Virus record (IMG/VR): IMGVR_UViG_3300012359_000030
Span: 1-53,473 of that record
DNA: 53,473 bases
Direction: 5' to 3' (one strand)
From: a virus
Lineage: Duplodnaviria; Caudoviricetes
Under the pieces are notes generated by a model, which was not told the origin of the DNA, searched no databases, and worked only from the letters and a program-made list of their open reading frames with translations. The position numbers and the translations under genes are program-made. This document shows positions 9,225 to 18,408 of the stretch, piece by piece; position 1 is the first letter of the stretch, and the number at the start of each line of letters is the position of its first letter.

Positions 9225-9521
9225 TCATAAGCTTTCTAATAATAGTAACATCAATCTTCTTCCATTCCCACCGCCGTGAAGTGTATCTAGTGCATATTGT
9301 AATCTCTTTTTCATTTCTTTTCTAGAAATAAAGTTTGTTTTTATCCATTCTTTGATATCTTCCAAATCATATTGCTTGTCGCATAATGGATCACAAGTTT
9401 GCCTTCCCGCATTTGGATTATATTGTTGATCTTTATGTCCAATATATGCATCGTTGAAATGATTGAATTTGTCGTCAAATTCCTCCTCCCATTCCAATAA
9501 TTGCTTATTCCTCATAATCAT
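9225..9521 (-). CDS. Phage hypothetical protein
   Basis: WEEEFDDKF...IKEWI pattern. Confidence 0.55.
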   Translation of the reverse strand: MIMRNKQLLEWEEEFDDKFNHFNDAYIGHKDQQYNPNAGRQTCDPLCDKQYDLEDIKEWIKTNFISRKEMKKRLQYALDTLHGGGNGRRLMLLLLESL

Positions 9522-9555
9522 TTTTTACTGTCGAGTCATCTTCTATCATTATAAT

Positions 9556-9984
9556 TCAATATTGTTTTTTTAATAATTCGATTTTTACCTTAAATTCCTC
9601 GTGTTTCGCGATAAAATCATTAATCTTCATCGGCTTAATTTCTTGATTTTGTTCTAATAATTGATCTATTACTTCCTGTCCATAATCTGCTAACATTCGT
9701 TTATAATAAGATGGGATATTACCATATAGTTGGATATTACACCACCAGCATTGCGCGTGACATCCTCTTTCATCGAAAAGATTAGCATTATGTCTTCCAG
9801 GTAAGAAATGTCCTGCTTGTAATTCCTTATAGTGCTTTATCCGTCTACAAGTATAACATTCACCGCCCAATATAGTTTTTGTCGTTTTCAGACAATCTCG
9901 TAATCTGATATATTCACTAAATATCTTCCATGCTTTCTCTTTCTCCTTTTTTAGTGGACTTTTTTTGGCAGTTGTTTTTTTCAT
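9556..9984 (-). CDS. ninG: NinG/Rap-like HNH recombination endonuclease
   Basis: FSEYIRLRD, CYTC, QAGHF, FDERGCHAQCWWCN. Confidence 0.85.
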   Translation of the reverse strand: MKKTTAKKSPLKKEKEKAWKIFSEYIRLRDCLKTTKTILGGECYTCRRIKHYKELQAGHFLPGRHNANLFDERGCHAQCWWCNIQLYGNIPSYYKRMLADYGQEVIDQLLEQNQEIKPMKINDFIAKHEEFKVKIELLKKQY

Positions 9985-10244
9985 TCTTTATATAATTCAT
10001 CTTGAATAAATTCAATAGCCCATTGCAAGGCATCACATTGTATTTCTCTTGTGGCTCGCTCAGATTTTGAAAGTTTTTCCGATCTGTTTCTCATTGTCTG
10101 TACGAGGTCAATTAATATGTTAAGTTTTTCGTTCATATTGTTTTCGTAACCACTTCTTTCTATTTCGTTCGATCGCATAATCCTTACAGTTAATACAATA
10201 TCTACTACCTTTATGTGAAATATATTCTTTTCCGCATATTTCAC
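9981..10244 (-). CDS. Hypothetical protein (start likely internal)
   Basis: ATGA overlap with ninG. Confidence 0.4.
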   Translation of the reverse strand: MKYAEKNIFHIKVVDIVLTVRIMRSNEIERSGYENNMNEKLNILIDLVQTMRNRSEKLSKSERATREIQCDALQWAIEFIQDELYKE

Positions 10245-10398
10245 AGTTTTTTATTTTTTTTATTTTCTCTTCAACTTTAGGCGCAAAATCCCGCTCTAAT
10301 CCAGTTATTTTTCCAAATTTTGTATTCCTGCAATTAACACAAAGATATAACTCTCTGCATTTCCAAGTAATCATGGCTTTACAACTAACGCATTTCAT
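10120..10398 (-). CDS. Cys-rich Zn-finger protein
   Basis: Four CxxC pairs in MKCVSC...CVNC...CEIC...CINC; start taken at MKCV. Confidence 0.6.
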   Translation of the reverse strand: MKCVSCKAMITWKCRELYLCVNCRNTKFGKITGLERDFAPKVEEKIKKIKNCEICGKEYISHKGSRYCINCKDYAIERNRKKWLRKQYERKT

Positions 10399-10518
10399 TT
10401 TTTTTTCTTTTCCTCTCACGCCTTCGCTCTTGTTCGCGCTTATCGCGACAAGTCGGACATCTTCGTGCAGATGGATGACCAAAATATTTTTCGCCGCAAT
10501 CGCAAATCTTAATAACAC

Positions 10519-10797
10519 CTACCATAAACTGAATCGCTTTTTCTTATTTACTTGTTTTCTCAATTCTTCAATTTGTCGTGCAAGTTTTCGTATATCAGGC
10601 TTATGTTGATCCCGAACCAACTCCCGGTAATGTTCAAAGTCCCTTGATCGCCGAATTAACCTAAGAATAGTCTCTGACCGGCCTGTTAATATATGTAAAT
10701 CTCTAATTCTCACAGTATCAGTATCAAGAATTACTTTAGCTAAAATATATTCGCTTTCTATCATTCGTTTACCTGTCATAAAGTCACCTCCCTTCAT
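10519..10797 (-). CDS. Putative DNA-binding protein
   Basis: HTH-like IRDLHILTGRSETI; GGAGGTG SD before the second Met. Confidence 0.55.
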   Translation of the reverse strand: MKGGDFMTGKRMIESEYILAKVILDTDTVRIRDLHILTGRSETILRLIRRSRDFEHYRELVRDQHKPDIRKLARQIEELRKQVNKKKRFSLW

Positions 10798-10948
10798 AAT
10801 GGATTTTTTTCAATAACTCGATAAAATTTAGTTATATTCTCACCTCCTTTCTCTGCATATCGGATATCCCGCGATAATTTTGCAGCCCGATTCTATTTTT
10901 CAATATCTTGAGCTGGTTCCTACGCCGAATATCCAATATAAAGAGAAA

Positions 10949-11197
10949 TTATTTTAATGAGCTTTCGATTTTCATTCCGACATCCATGCCTCCGCATTTA
11001 CAACAACATTCAATTGTCTCGACGAATTCTGTAAAATTATGTTCGCACGTTTTTATATGCTCAATCCTATCAATATCGGACTGAACTTTCTCTAGAATTT
11101 TATCGTGTATCCAAGATAAATATTTCCGATGCTTTTTCATATCGGCAAGCATTTTCTTTAGATATTGTTTCTCTTTATTGTCTAAGTAAATCGCCAT
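10949..11197 (-). CDS. Hypothetical protein
   Basis: CEH...CCKCG motif. Confidence 0.5.
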   Translation of the reverse strand: MAIYLDNKEKQYLKKMLADMKKHRKYLSWIHDKILEKVQSDIDRIEHIKTCEHNFTEFVETIECCCKCGGMDVGMKIESSLK

Positions 11198-11636
11198 TTC
11201 TTCTTAATAGATACGAAGCCCATAAGCGACAAAATCGCCTAAAAAAATCAATATACGGTTCATTGAATATCATCTCTCGTAATCATAGCCTCCAGGTCTG
11301 CATTTACGGCTATACGAGCTTAGTTGGATTTACGCCAACGCCTTACCGCCTATCCGTTTCAGGAATAGGGACTCAGGACTGTCTGCTTACCTTCTCAGGC
11401 AGCACTCATCTGGATAATGCCCCGGTTCTGTGAGCATGTTGGGCAGCCGGGAACATCGACCGTATATCTCTCCTATGTCAATAACATTTGCCTTCTTGAT
11501 CGAATTCGACAAAATTATCAAAGATGATCGAAATCATCTCTAATACCTACCCCTTGCGAGAGTAGGCAGTAGAGCAGCGCAAGGGTTTAAAAAAATAACT
11601 TTGTCAAAGCATATAAGAAAATAAGATATTCAATTT

Positions 11637-11846
11637 TCATATTCGTTCCACCACTCCTTTCATTTTTTCGTAAGAATGGCAGACAAAACCTATATGTGAA
11701 GAATTAGTAATTTTGAAAATAATGATCGGATCTCTGAGGAGCTCTATCGCAGCATATTCATATTGTTTTATGTATTTCTGTGCGCGTTCTACGCGGAGTG
11801 TATTAAGTAAAATGTTATAATTCATATCTCGTATAATAATTCTCAT
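11637..11846 (-). CDS. Hypothetical protein
   Basis: ORF only. Confidence 0.35.
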   Translation of the reverse strand: MRIIIRDMNYNILLNTLRVERAQKYIKQYEYAAIELLRDPIIIFKITNSSHIGFVCHSYEKMKGVVERI

Positions 11847-11862
11847 ATGGCAGTTAATTTTT

Positions 11863-11899
11863 CAACGACTGCCCCCGTTGATCAAAGAGGCAGTAGTTA
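11863..11899 (-). terminator. Hairpin/terminator after the Zn-ribbon gene
   Basis: AACGACTGCC...GGCAGTAGTT imperfect inverted repeat. Confidence 0.5.
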
Positions 11900-11904
11900 A
11901 AAGA

Positions 11905-12291
11905 CTAATTATATTCTTTAGGCCATTCTACATATTGGCAGCCTGATTGTTGTCCATTAATCCATCTGTTATTCTCGCATTTAGTAAATTTTGTTCCATC
12001 CCGCTTAATTCCGATATATAATCTTCCGCTACATTTCGGGCAAGTTTTACCTTGAATATATTCTCGTTCCCTCTTTGGAGCAGTCCCGCGAACTTCTGGT
12101 ATCCAATTATTTTCTGTACATCGTGAATGGAAGACTTTCATTTTTTGCATTAATTCATCACCCGTATTTGCTCGTATGGTGAATTGCCAAACAAAACCTT
12201 CAGATGTTCGTATAGATGTATTTGCGCTTGCCGGTGCTTGCGAGAACATAGAGTCAACGAATTTTTTATCATCTTCACTCATTTTCCTCAC
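11905..12291 (-). CDS. Protein with C-terminal topoisomerase-type Zn ribbon
   Basis: CPKCSGRL...KCENN...GCQYVEW. Confidence 0.7.
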   Translation of the reverse strand: MRKMSEDDKKFVDSMFSQAPASANTSIRTSEGFVWQFTIRANTGDELMQKMKVFHSRCTENNWIPEVRGTAPKREREYIQGKTCPKCSGRLYIGIKRDGTKFTKCENNRWINGQQSGCQYVEWPKEYN

Positions 12292-12481
12292 CGCCTTTCC
12301 ATTCCTCTATAAATTCATTAATTGTCTTAACGCAGAAATTAATAATCTTAGGTGTCATAGTCCGTTCGCCCTTTTCCATGCGGGTAATCATCGAGCTTTC
12401 GTAGTAGAATCTTTTTCCGAATTCTTCCTGCGTCTCGCCCAATATCCCTCTTGTAATTCTGATTAAATTGCCTTTTTTCAT
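12275..12481 (-). CDS. XRE-family HTH regulator
   Basis: IRITRGILGETQEEFGKRF...ITRMEKGER. Confidence 0.8.
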   Translation of the reverse strand: MKKGNLIRITRGILGETQEEFGKRFYYESSMITRMEKGERTMTPKIINFCVKTINEFIEEWKGGEENE

Positions 12482-12666
12482 CTCTTTTTATCTTTTTTAA
12501 GTTTTTCCCGATAGTATTTTGTTGCCTCAATTAGTCGCATTTTTCCGTTAAAAAATTTATTCACTATTATATCCGATATGATTCGCCTATCTCGCAATTC
12601 AATTTTGAACATATTATAAATATTGGCTATAAACTGAATTAACAACTCGATCATGCTGTTCCTCAT
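12478..12666 (-). CDS. Hypothetical protein
   Basis: ATGA overlap with the XRE gene. Confidence 0.4.
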   Translation of the reverse strand: MRNSMIELLIQFIANIYNMFKIELRDRRIISDIIVNKFFNGKMRLIEATKYYREKLKKDKKR

Positions 12667-13019
12667 TCAACCTCGGCAAATCCCCCATCCAGTCCAAACG
12701 TATCTGACCACTACTAATCCTCTCTACCAGAACAGATATATCTATTCCAGCTTCTATACATGTTTGGGCAAGAGTGTAATACATATTCATTTTTTTTTAG
12801 CTATTTGATTATTAATTGCTTGTTTACTTACGTTGAGTGATTCTGCTAGTCGCAAGGTTGGATATTTCCGAACCAACGCTAAAAAATCCACAATGAAAGC
12901 AAGCATATCGGGATGATTTACTGAAGGTATACATTTATATGTATTTGTTTTTTTGGCATTCATAAGTTATAATCCTTATCAATGTCCTATGAAGATTAAA
13001 AATTTAGAAGTTTTTGTAG

Positions 13020-13056
13020 GCGGGTGTAGTTCACCGGTAGAATGTCTCTCTACACA
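13020..13056 (+). pseudogene. tRNA 5' fragment, candidate att core
   Basis: GCGGGTG-TA-GTTC-ACCGGTA-GAAT-G-TCTCT-CTACACA gives acceptor 5' strand and D-arm; no T-arm or 3' half follows. Confidence 0.55.
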
Positions 13057-13238
13057 GGAACCAACTCTTTTCCTATTAATTTTCTTCTAAACTTCTTCGG
13101 AGATCAATAAGGTATATCCTATTTTATAATAATAAGAATATGTTGTCAATAGACAACTGCCCCTTTCTTTCCTTAAAGTGTCTCTCTATACTAATAGAAT
13201 AATTATAGTCAGAAATACTGTCAATTCATACTAAGAAT

Positions 13239-14252
13239 ATGGGAGATTTGAATAAGTTCATAATATATTTGAAGCGTCAAGGTCAAGCACCGGGGACGAT
13301 AGACAATAATGTTTTTTTAATCAAAAAGATATTATATAAGCTTAACCCTTTAAGCAAAGAACTCCTTGATGAAATGATATATGAAATGATAGAAAACCAT
13401 AACGCGAAAAGCTATATTGAACAACATGTGACTGTTGTGCGTCATTGGGGCAAATGCTTTGACCTCGAAATAAAAGATTATATAGCTCCTCAGAAAATCA
13501 AGGTAGATCGTGAAGAATTTATCAAAGGTACATTTGCAGACGATGAGATTGATAGGTTCCTTGAATTACCCTATTGGGGAAAAGGAAATGGTCTTTACAA
13601 ACAACGTTATGGAATGATGACTCTCTTCTTCTCCATTTGGGCTTACAGTGGTATGCGTGGAGGGGAAATAAGTAAGCTTACAGTTGACGATGTAGATTTC
13701 GGCAGAAATGTTTTTATAGTCCGTAAAGGAAAACTGGGAGCTGGAAGAACTGTCGCCATCTCTCCTTTTATTCTACCATTATTACATGAACATATAGAGA
13801 CTCTAGCAGGACGTTACTTATTCCCTGCGTTACATAGAACAGGATGCCCGCACATTAAAGATGATGCTTGGTCTGAGCATTTTAATAAGCGAATAGCCAA
13901 GATCGGTATAAAACGCAAGAATCTCACAGGCTATAGTTTTCGTCATTCATTTATCACCCGTAACGTAGAAGAGCAAAAGAACTCCCTCCCACACATTCAG
14001 GCTCAAGTAGGACATCGTAAGTTAGATACAACCGCTAAATATATACACCTCTCAGAAAAAGCCAAACGTGAAGTAGTATTGAATGATCGCCTGCTAAAGA
14101 GAGGTTCTACAATAGAAGAAGCTCTGGACGATTATTACAAGCTCCAACACGAGTTGGCTCAGAAATTCTTTAATTTCTTCAAAGTCAATATAAATTGGAA
14201 TATTGATGGAGGTTTGGATATTAAGGCTTTACCCAAGAAAGTTCTTACATAA
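13239..14252 (+). CDS. int: Tyrosine recombinase/integrase
   Basis: SGMRGGE (R), KGK (K), YSFRHSF, VGHRKLDTTAKY (H, Y). Confidence 0.93.
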   Translation: MGDLNKFIIYLKRQGQAPGTIDNNVFLIKKILYKLNPLSKELLDEMIYEMIENHNAKSYIEQHVTVVRHWGKCFDLEIKDYIAPQKIKVDREEFIKGTFADDEIDRFLELPYWGKGNGLYKQRYGMMTLFFSIWAYSGMRGGEISKLTVDDVDFGRNVFIVRKGKLGAGRTVAISPFILPLLHEHIETLAGRYLFPALHRTGCPHIKDDAWSEHFNKRIAKIGIKRKNLTGYSFRHSFITRNVEEQKNSLPHIQAQVGHRKLDTTAKYIHLSEKAKREVVLNDRLLKRGSTIEEALDDYYKLQHELAQKFFNFFKVNINWNIDGGLDIKALPKKVLT

Positions 14253-14360
14253 ATAATACTTGACAACCTTACAAAATACTATGATAGTGAAGATAGCGAA
14301 TATTAAATAATTTGACATAATAATTGACAGGTTAATATTCGTTATTTAAGATACGAATCT

Positions 14361-14600
14361 ATGAATCTTTCATTATTTTTCGGTCTGGGTATAATAATAA
14401 TAATTTTAATTCTATCTAATATATATCTATTATATAAATTTAGTTATTTCAAAAAGGATATTATTACCTGGCATGACTATTGGAACAAGATGTTTCAACA
14501 GCATTTCTCGATAACTGATAATACTATCCAGGAATTACGTAAGCATAATAAATCCTTACAAGATATTATTGAAGAATCTCCCAAAAAAACGGAGGCGTAA
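14361..14600 (+). CDS. Small membrane-anchored protein
   Basis: N-terminal hydrophobic helix plus coiled coil. Confidence 0.55.
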   Translation: MNLSLFFGLGIIIIILILSNIYLLYKFSYFKKDIITWHDYWNKMFQQHFSITDNTIQELRKHNKSLQDIIEESPKKTEA

Positions 14601-14611
14601 ATACACCTCCG
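14583..14611 (-). terminator. Terminator between convergent genes
   Basis: A7 tract then CGGAGG...CCTCCG. Confidence 0.55.
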
Positions 14612-14617
14612 CAAACA

Positions 14618-14845
14618 TTATCTTTCCTCCTGCAACTGCTTAATAGGTCGGACGATCATATATGTCCTGTCTTCCGCCAAATGCTTTAGAGCGACGAGCC
14701 ACAATTCACCCGGCTTGGGAACAAACTCTTTAGTATTCCTGCAATAGACAGGTATACCTCCTGCTGTTCCCATTGCCTGATTGAATATATCATATTGGGT
14801 GAATCTTATTGGGAATCGCCGTTCTTTTTTGCGCTTAGTTTCCAC
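14618..14845 (-). CDS. Hypothetical protein
   Basis: ORF, GTG start. Confidence 0.45.
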   Translation of the reverse strand: METKRKKERRFPIRFTQYDIFNQAMGTAGGIPVYCRNTKEFVPKPGELWLVALKHLAEDRTYMIVRPIKQLQEER

Positions 14846-14971
14846 TATGGATTCCTTTCAATAATTTATATTAAATGAACGGGGCTATTATATCATGCTC
14901 ATGCAATATCATGTCAATCTCTATCCATTCGACTATAATCATGCTACAAATAATAAGGAAAGGAGGATATC

Positions 14972-15073
14972 ATGAAAATCCGTCGGCTCATACGCGACAA
15001 TTGGCGCATATTCAAATGGGATTATTGGTGGCTATTTGCTATGATTAATCCCCGCAATTACTTTCCCAGATAG
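14972..15073 (+). CDS. 33-aa Trp/Arg-rich peptide, not in the ORF track
   Basis: AAGGAGG SD then MKIRRLIRDNWRIFKWDYWWLFAMINPRNYFPR*. Confidence 0.55.
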   Translation: MKIRRLIRDNWRIFKWDYWWLFAMINPRNYFPR

Positions 15074-15076
15074 CTA

Positions 15077-15145
15077 TTGACATGGAATATATTCCATGAT
15101 AATATTCGTTTATTGTTATTGAACTATTCGCGATATATTCAATAA
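15077..15145 (+). promoter_or_regulatory. Promoter with palindromic operators
   Basis: TTGACA at 15077 overlapping the perfect palindrome CATGGAATATATTCCATG; second inverted repeat TTATTGAA...TTCAATAA at about 15116-15145. Confidence 0.55.
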
Positions 15146-15313
15146 CTTGTACTTTAAGTATTAAATAGCAACGAGCCAAAACCGTATAGTAATATACAGC
15201 TAATGCTTGTGGTGAGAAGATCGTCCATGTATATCGTTTAAGTAATGTGTTGATTTTTACTTTTGTTGTTCACCATTTCATTCGGAATAGAATTTTCCAA
15301 AAAGGAGACTCAC

Positions 15314-15742
15314 ATGAAACAAACTATCGTTAAGATTTTTGCGATTTTCGCGCTGGCTCTCGTCGCTTTAGGTGTTGTATCCGTTGGCGCATCTGGTCAG
15401 GCATCGGCGCATACGCTGACACCAGCACAACCTCAGCAAGCCTTGGATTGTAGCTTCTGGGTTATCCGACAGGGAAACCTTTATTGGGGAAACAGCTACA
15501 AAGTCGTCCAATTGGATGAGTGTGAAACGCAATCAGTGATTAGTGACTTTTCGTCACGCGCTGGTTGGTCAGGATTATTGGGTGCTCCCTTTGGCTGGGC
15601 TGCCGTATTGGGGCTAGCGGGTGTTCCGCAGGCATATGCTGATTGGATTAAGAACGTGGACAACTCATGTGGAAGGCATGGGGTGAAGCTCTACCTTGCC
15701 TATTGGAATGGTCACGTCACATGGATTTACCCATATTGTTAG
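15314..15742 (+). CDS. Secreted protein with signal peptide, bacteriocin-like
   Basis: AAGGAG SD; MKQTIVKIF...ASA signal peptide; central Gly/Ala hydrophobic hairpin; 4 Cys. Confidence 0.7.
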   Translation: MKQTIVKIFAIFALALVALGVVSVGASGQASAHTLTPAQPQQALDCSFWVIRQGNLYWGNSYKVVQLDECETQSVISDFSSRAGWSGLLGAPFGWAAVLGLAGVPQAYADWIKNVDNSCGRHGVKLYLAYWNGHVTWIYPYC

Positions 15743-15765
15743 CATGTAGCATGCGCGTCTTTCAG

Positions 15766-15797
15766 GGTCATGCAGGTTTTTCCTGCATGACCTTTTT
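15766..15797 (+). terminator. Strong intrinsic terminator
   Basis: GGTCATGCAGG-ttttt-CCTGCATGACC-TTTTT. Confidence 0.9.
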
Positions 15798-15833
15798 ATT
15801 GCAAACTTTTAGAATATATTCTAATCTATAACT

Positions 15834-16106
15834 ATGAGTAAAGATAATATGAAAAAATTACTATTTTATATAGCCTCTCTTGTTGAAGGTGCTTATGTCA
15901 TGGAAGTACTGATAAATAATCTTATAGATACTCATAAATATTCCGGTTATCTTCGCGATACTATGGAAACCATTGGTGGCATCCTTTTTATCATTTCAGC
16001 CCTGATAGTAAGTCTTCATTTCGAAATTGCCTCTAAAAAAATAAAATACTCCCTAATAGCTGTTATTTACATTATATTCCTGCTAATATTCTTTTTAAGA
16101 AAATAA
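15834..16106 (+). CDS. 3-TM membrane protein
   Basis: Three hydrophobic segments. Confidence 0.65.
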   Translation: MSKDNMKKLLFYIASLVEGAYVMEVLINNLIDTHKYSGYLRDTMETIGGILFIISALIVSLHFEIASKKIKYSLIAVIYIIFLLIFFLRK

Positions 16107-16216
16107 CTGATAAATGAATATGAAAGACATAAAAAACGCATTTAAGCCAAACAAACCCAAAATAACAATTTCTATCACCTCTCCATTATTATAAAAGAAC
16201 TGAGAGGTAATACAAA

Positions 16217-16321
16217 ATGAATAAAAAACTAAAGATTACTTTAATCATTCTCGGAATCATTTTTGTGCTATATATGATTTTCTTTTTCAGTGGTTTTACA
16301 GCATCATTCCCTAGTAAGTAG
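16217..16321 (+). CDS. 34-aa single-TM peptide, not in the ORF track
   Basis: GAGGT SD; MNKKLKITLIILGIIFVLYMIFFFSGFTASFPSK*. Confidence 0.45.
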   Translation: MNKKLKITLIILGIIFVLYMIFFFSGFTASFPSK

Positions 16322-16371
16322 AACAGGAGGGGAGAATATTCCTACTAAACTGTTAATATGAAAACATATTT

Positions 16372-16806
16372 ATGAAACATAAGATTAATAAACATTTAAT
16401 TGATTATATACTGTTCTTTTTCGGTTTTATGACTGGTGCTATTGCCATGAAACTTGTATTTGAAAGTTTACTCCTTAATAATACTATCCCTTCCCATGAT
16501 ACTAGGTTCTTATCTGATTCAGTTACCTTATTTCTGTTTATTATATCTACTGGTATATTTATATATTTAGAAAAAAGGAGAATGAATAAAAATAAAACAC
16601 AATCAATATTATCTATACTTACTTCTGCTTTCTCTGGCATGGCATTTTTGGCCTATTTCCTAGGGCTTTGTGATATTAATGGAATTAAAGTTAATCTTAC
16701 TGCGGTATTTTTGGTAACAGTAATCATTAGTCAAGTTCTCGTTTCTTTTTATCACTATTCAAAGAAGAAACGCTCGATAAGCAAAGATAAGCAAATTGAT
16801 AAATGA
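16372..16806 (+). CDS. 4-TM membrane protein
   Basis: Four hydrophobic segments, basic tail. Confidence 0.65.
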   Translation: MKHKINKHLIDYILFFFGFMTGAIAMKLVFESLLLNNTIPSHDTRFLSDSVTLFLFIISTGIFIYLEKRRMNKNKTQSILSILTSAFSGMAFLAYFLGLCDINGIKVNLTAVFLVTVIISQVLVSFYHYSKKKRSISKDKQIDK

Positions 16807-16860
16807 AAACGAAGAAGCAAAATAAAACCTATTTTCCTATAGATCTCGAATCCGCCACCC

Positions 16861-17082
16861 TTATTGTCTCTGCGATAATTTATATATTATTACTGTCAAC
16901 ATTGCCTGTAATTCATGTGATATAGCATGTCTCAATCCCATTGCCGCCAGACCTATGAACACATATTGCATACCTTGTTGTGGATTCATGGCTTGTATGG
17001 TCATACCTGAGATGCCATATATTATTGTAGCTAGAGCAATGAGATAAGTTTTTGTACCCTTAAATTCTTCAAGTATCTTCAT
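16861..17082 (-). CDS. Holin
   Basis: FKGTKTYLIA...GLAAMGLRHAI 2-TM holin-like pattern, adjacent to the endolysin. Confidence 0.7.
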   Translation of the reverse strand: MKILEEFKGTKTYLIALATIIYGISGMTIQAMNPQQGMQYVFIGLAAMGLRHAISHELQAMLTVIIYKLSQRQ

Positions 17083-17094
17083 ATAATCACCTCC

Positions 17095-17895
17095 TCATGA
17101 AAATAGAAAAACCAACTTATTGAAAAATCCCATCGGTTTTCCCTTATCTACCATCCCCTGTAATTCATCGATCCTCAACTTCTGAGCATTATTAAGCTTT
17201 ATATAAAGACCCCTATCCCCGATTGCTTGATCGAGCTGTTTTGCCATATCAGGTACTTTATTAGCCTGATCTTGCAGGGTTTGTATTTGTTGTTGCAATG
17301 TTGTTACTTGGGTTTCAAGAGTGCTAACCTTCGCATTTAACTGTGTTATATCATTGTTCCGGTCATTAATTATCTGGTTGAGATTATCTATTGTCTGCTT
17401 GAGTTGCGAGACTTGCTTCTCGTCTTCCTGATAAAGATTCCAATTCTTATCCCGATCATTTCTTATCGCGTCAATTTCTGATTGAGTTATGCTTGGAGTC
17501 CGCTGTATAGGCTTCGGTCTGAGCCATCCAAGAACAGATGTATAATTATGGATTACGAATTCACAATATTGATGTCCATTCCAGTTTTGATCGAGGGAAG
17601 TGAATGAATTCGCATCCGCAGATTTAACCACAGCGATATGTCCAAACTTTCCTATATCTGTTCCCCATATTATTATATCGCCGGGATTAGGGAAATTATC
17701 AGGCGTATTTGCGATCTGCTCGTAGAAGTCTTTAGGATAGGTTGTCCATATATCTATTGCGTTACCAATGAGGGCAAGCGCATTGATAACATCACGATTA
17801 TAAAACTGCACTTCGTCAACACATTGATCGCCATAATATCCATCAAAATCTAGCGGCTGACCATTATTTTTATCGAAGAATTCCTGTAATGTCAT
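17095..17895 (-). CDS. Endolysin, CHAP domain plus C-terminal coiled coil
   Basis: DFDGYYGDQCVD, GNAIDIW, PGDIIIW, GHIAVV, LDQNW, GWLRPK. Confidence 0.9.
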   Translation of the reverse strand: MTLQEFFDKNNGQPLDFDGYYGDQCVDEVQFYNRDVINALALIGNAIDIWTTYPKDFYEQIANTPDNFPNPGDIIIWGTDIGKFGHIAVVKSADANSFTSLDQNWNGHQYCEFVIHNYTSVLGWLRPKPIQRTPSITQSEIDAIRNDRDKNWNLYQEDEKQVSQLKQTIDNLNQIINDRNNDITQLNAKVSTLETQVTTLQQQIQTLQDQANKVPDMAKQLDQAIGDRGLYIKLNNAQKLRIDELQGMVDKGKPMGFFNKLVFLFS

Positions 17896-18107
17896 ACGTT
17901 TCTATTTCCTATAAAAATTCCTATTATCGAGATAACTATACTTATAAAGAGAGATTCCGCGCGATTCCAGCCCCGTTGATTCGCAATATCTTTTTCATTT
18001 TGCAATATGCGCTCATCATGCCTCTCCATCATCTTATTTGTCTGATCCTCAAGCCGTTGAACTATCGCGTATACATCTTTGAGTGTGACAATTTCGGATT
18101 TAGTCAT
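17892..18107 (-). CDS. XhlA-like/holin-associated membrane protein
   Basis: Coiled coil plus C-terminal TM, directly upstream of the lysin. Confidence 0.6.
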   Translation of the reverse strand: MTKSEIVTLKDVYAIVQRLEDQTNKMMERHDERILQNEKDIANQRGWNRAESLFISIVISIIGIFIGNRNV

Positions 18108-18252
18108 AGTTATAAAAAAGCAGCAATTCTCACGAATTACCGCTAGATTGTTTCTTTGGTATATGTCTATTATACCTTCTTAGGGCAAATCTTTCTAAAA
18201 CTGTAACATTATTGAAACATTACTGAAATAAAAACCATATATTATATGCTAT

Positions 18253-18408
18253 ATGACTATCCCGCAACGCAATTTACGAAATTCCAAGATTATCAAATAC
18301 CTTCAAGAAAACCATACTCGCGAGCAAGCCGCCAAAGAGTTCGGTCTTTCACTCAGTCAAATATTCCATATTCTAAGAAAATATAGAAAACAATATGCAA
18401 CTAACTGA
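18253..18408 (+). CDS. Small Mor/HTH-like regulator, not in the ORF track
   Basis: MTIPQRNLRNSKIIKYLQENHTREQAAKEFGLSLSQIFHILRK... Confidence 0.6.
   Translation: MTIPQRNLRNSKIIKYLQENHTREQAAKEFGLSLSQIFHILRKYRKQYATN

Noticed and set aside
13020-13090. Intact tRNA gene
   Set aside because: No anticodon-stem closure, T-arm or 3' acceptor strand
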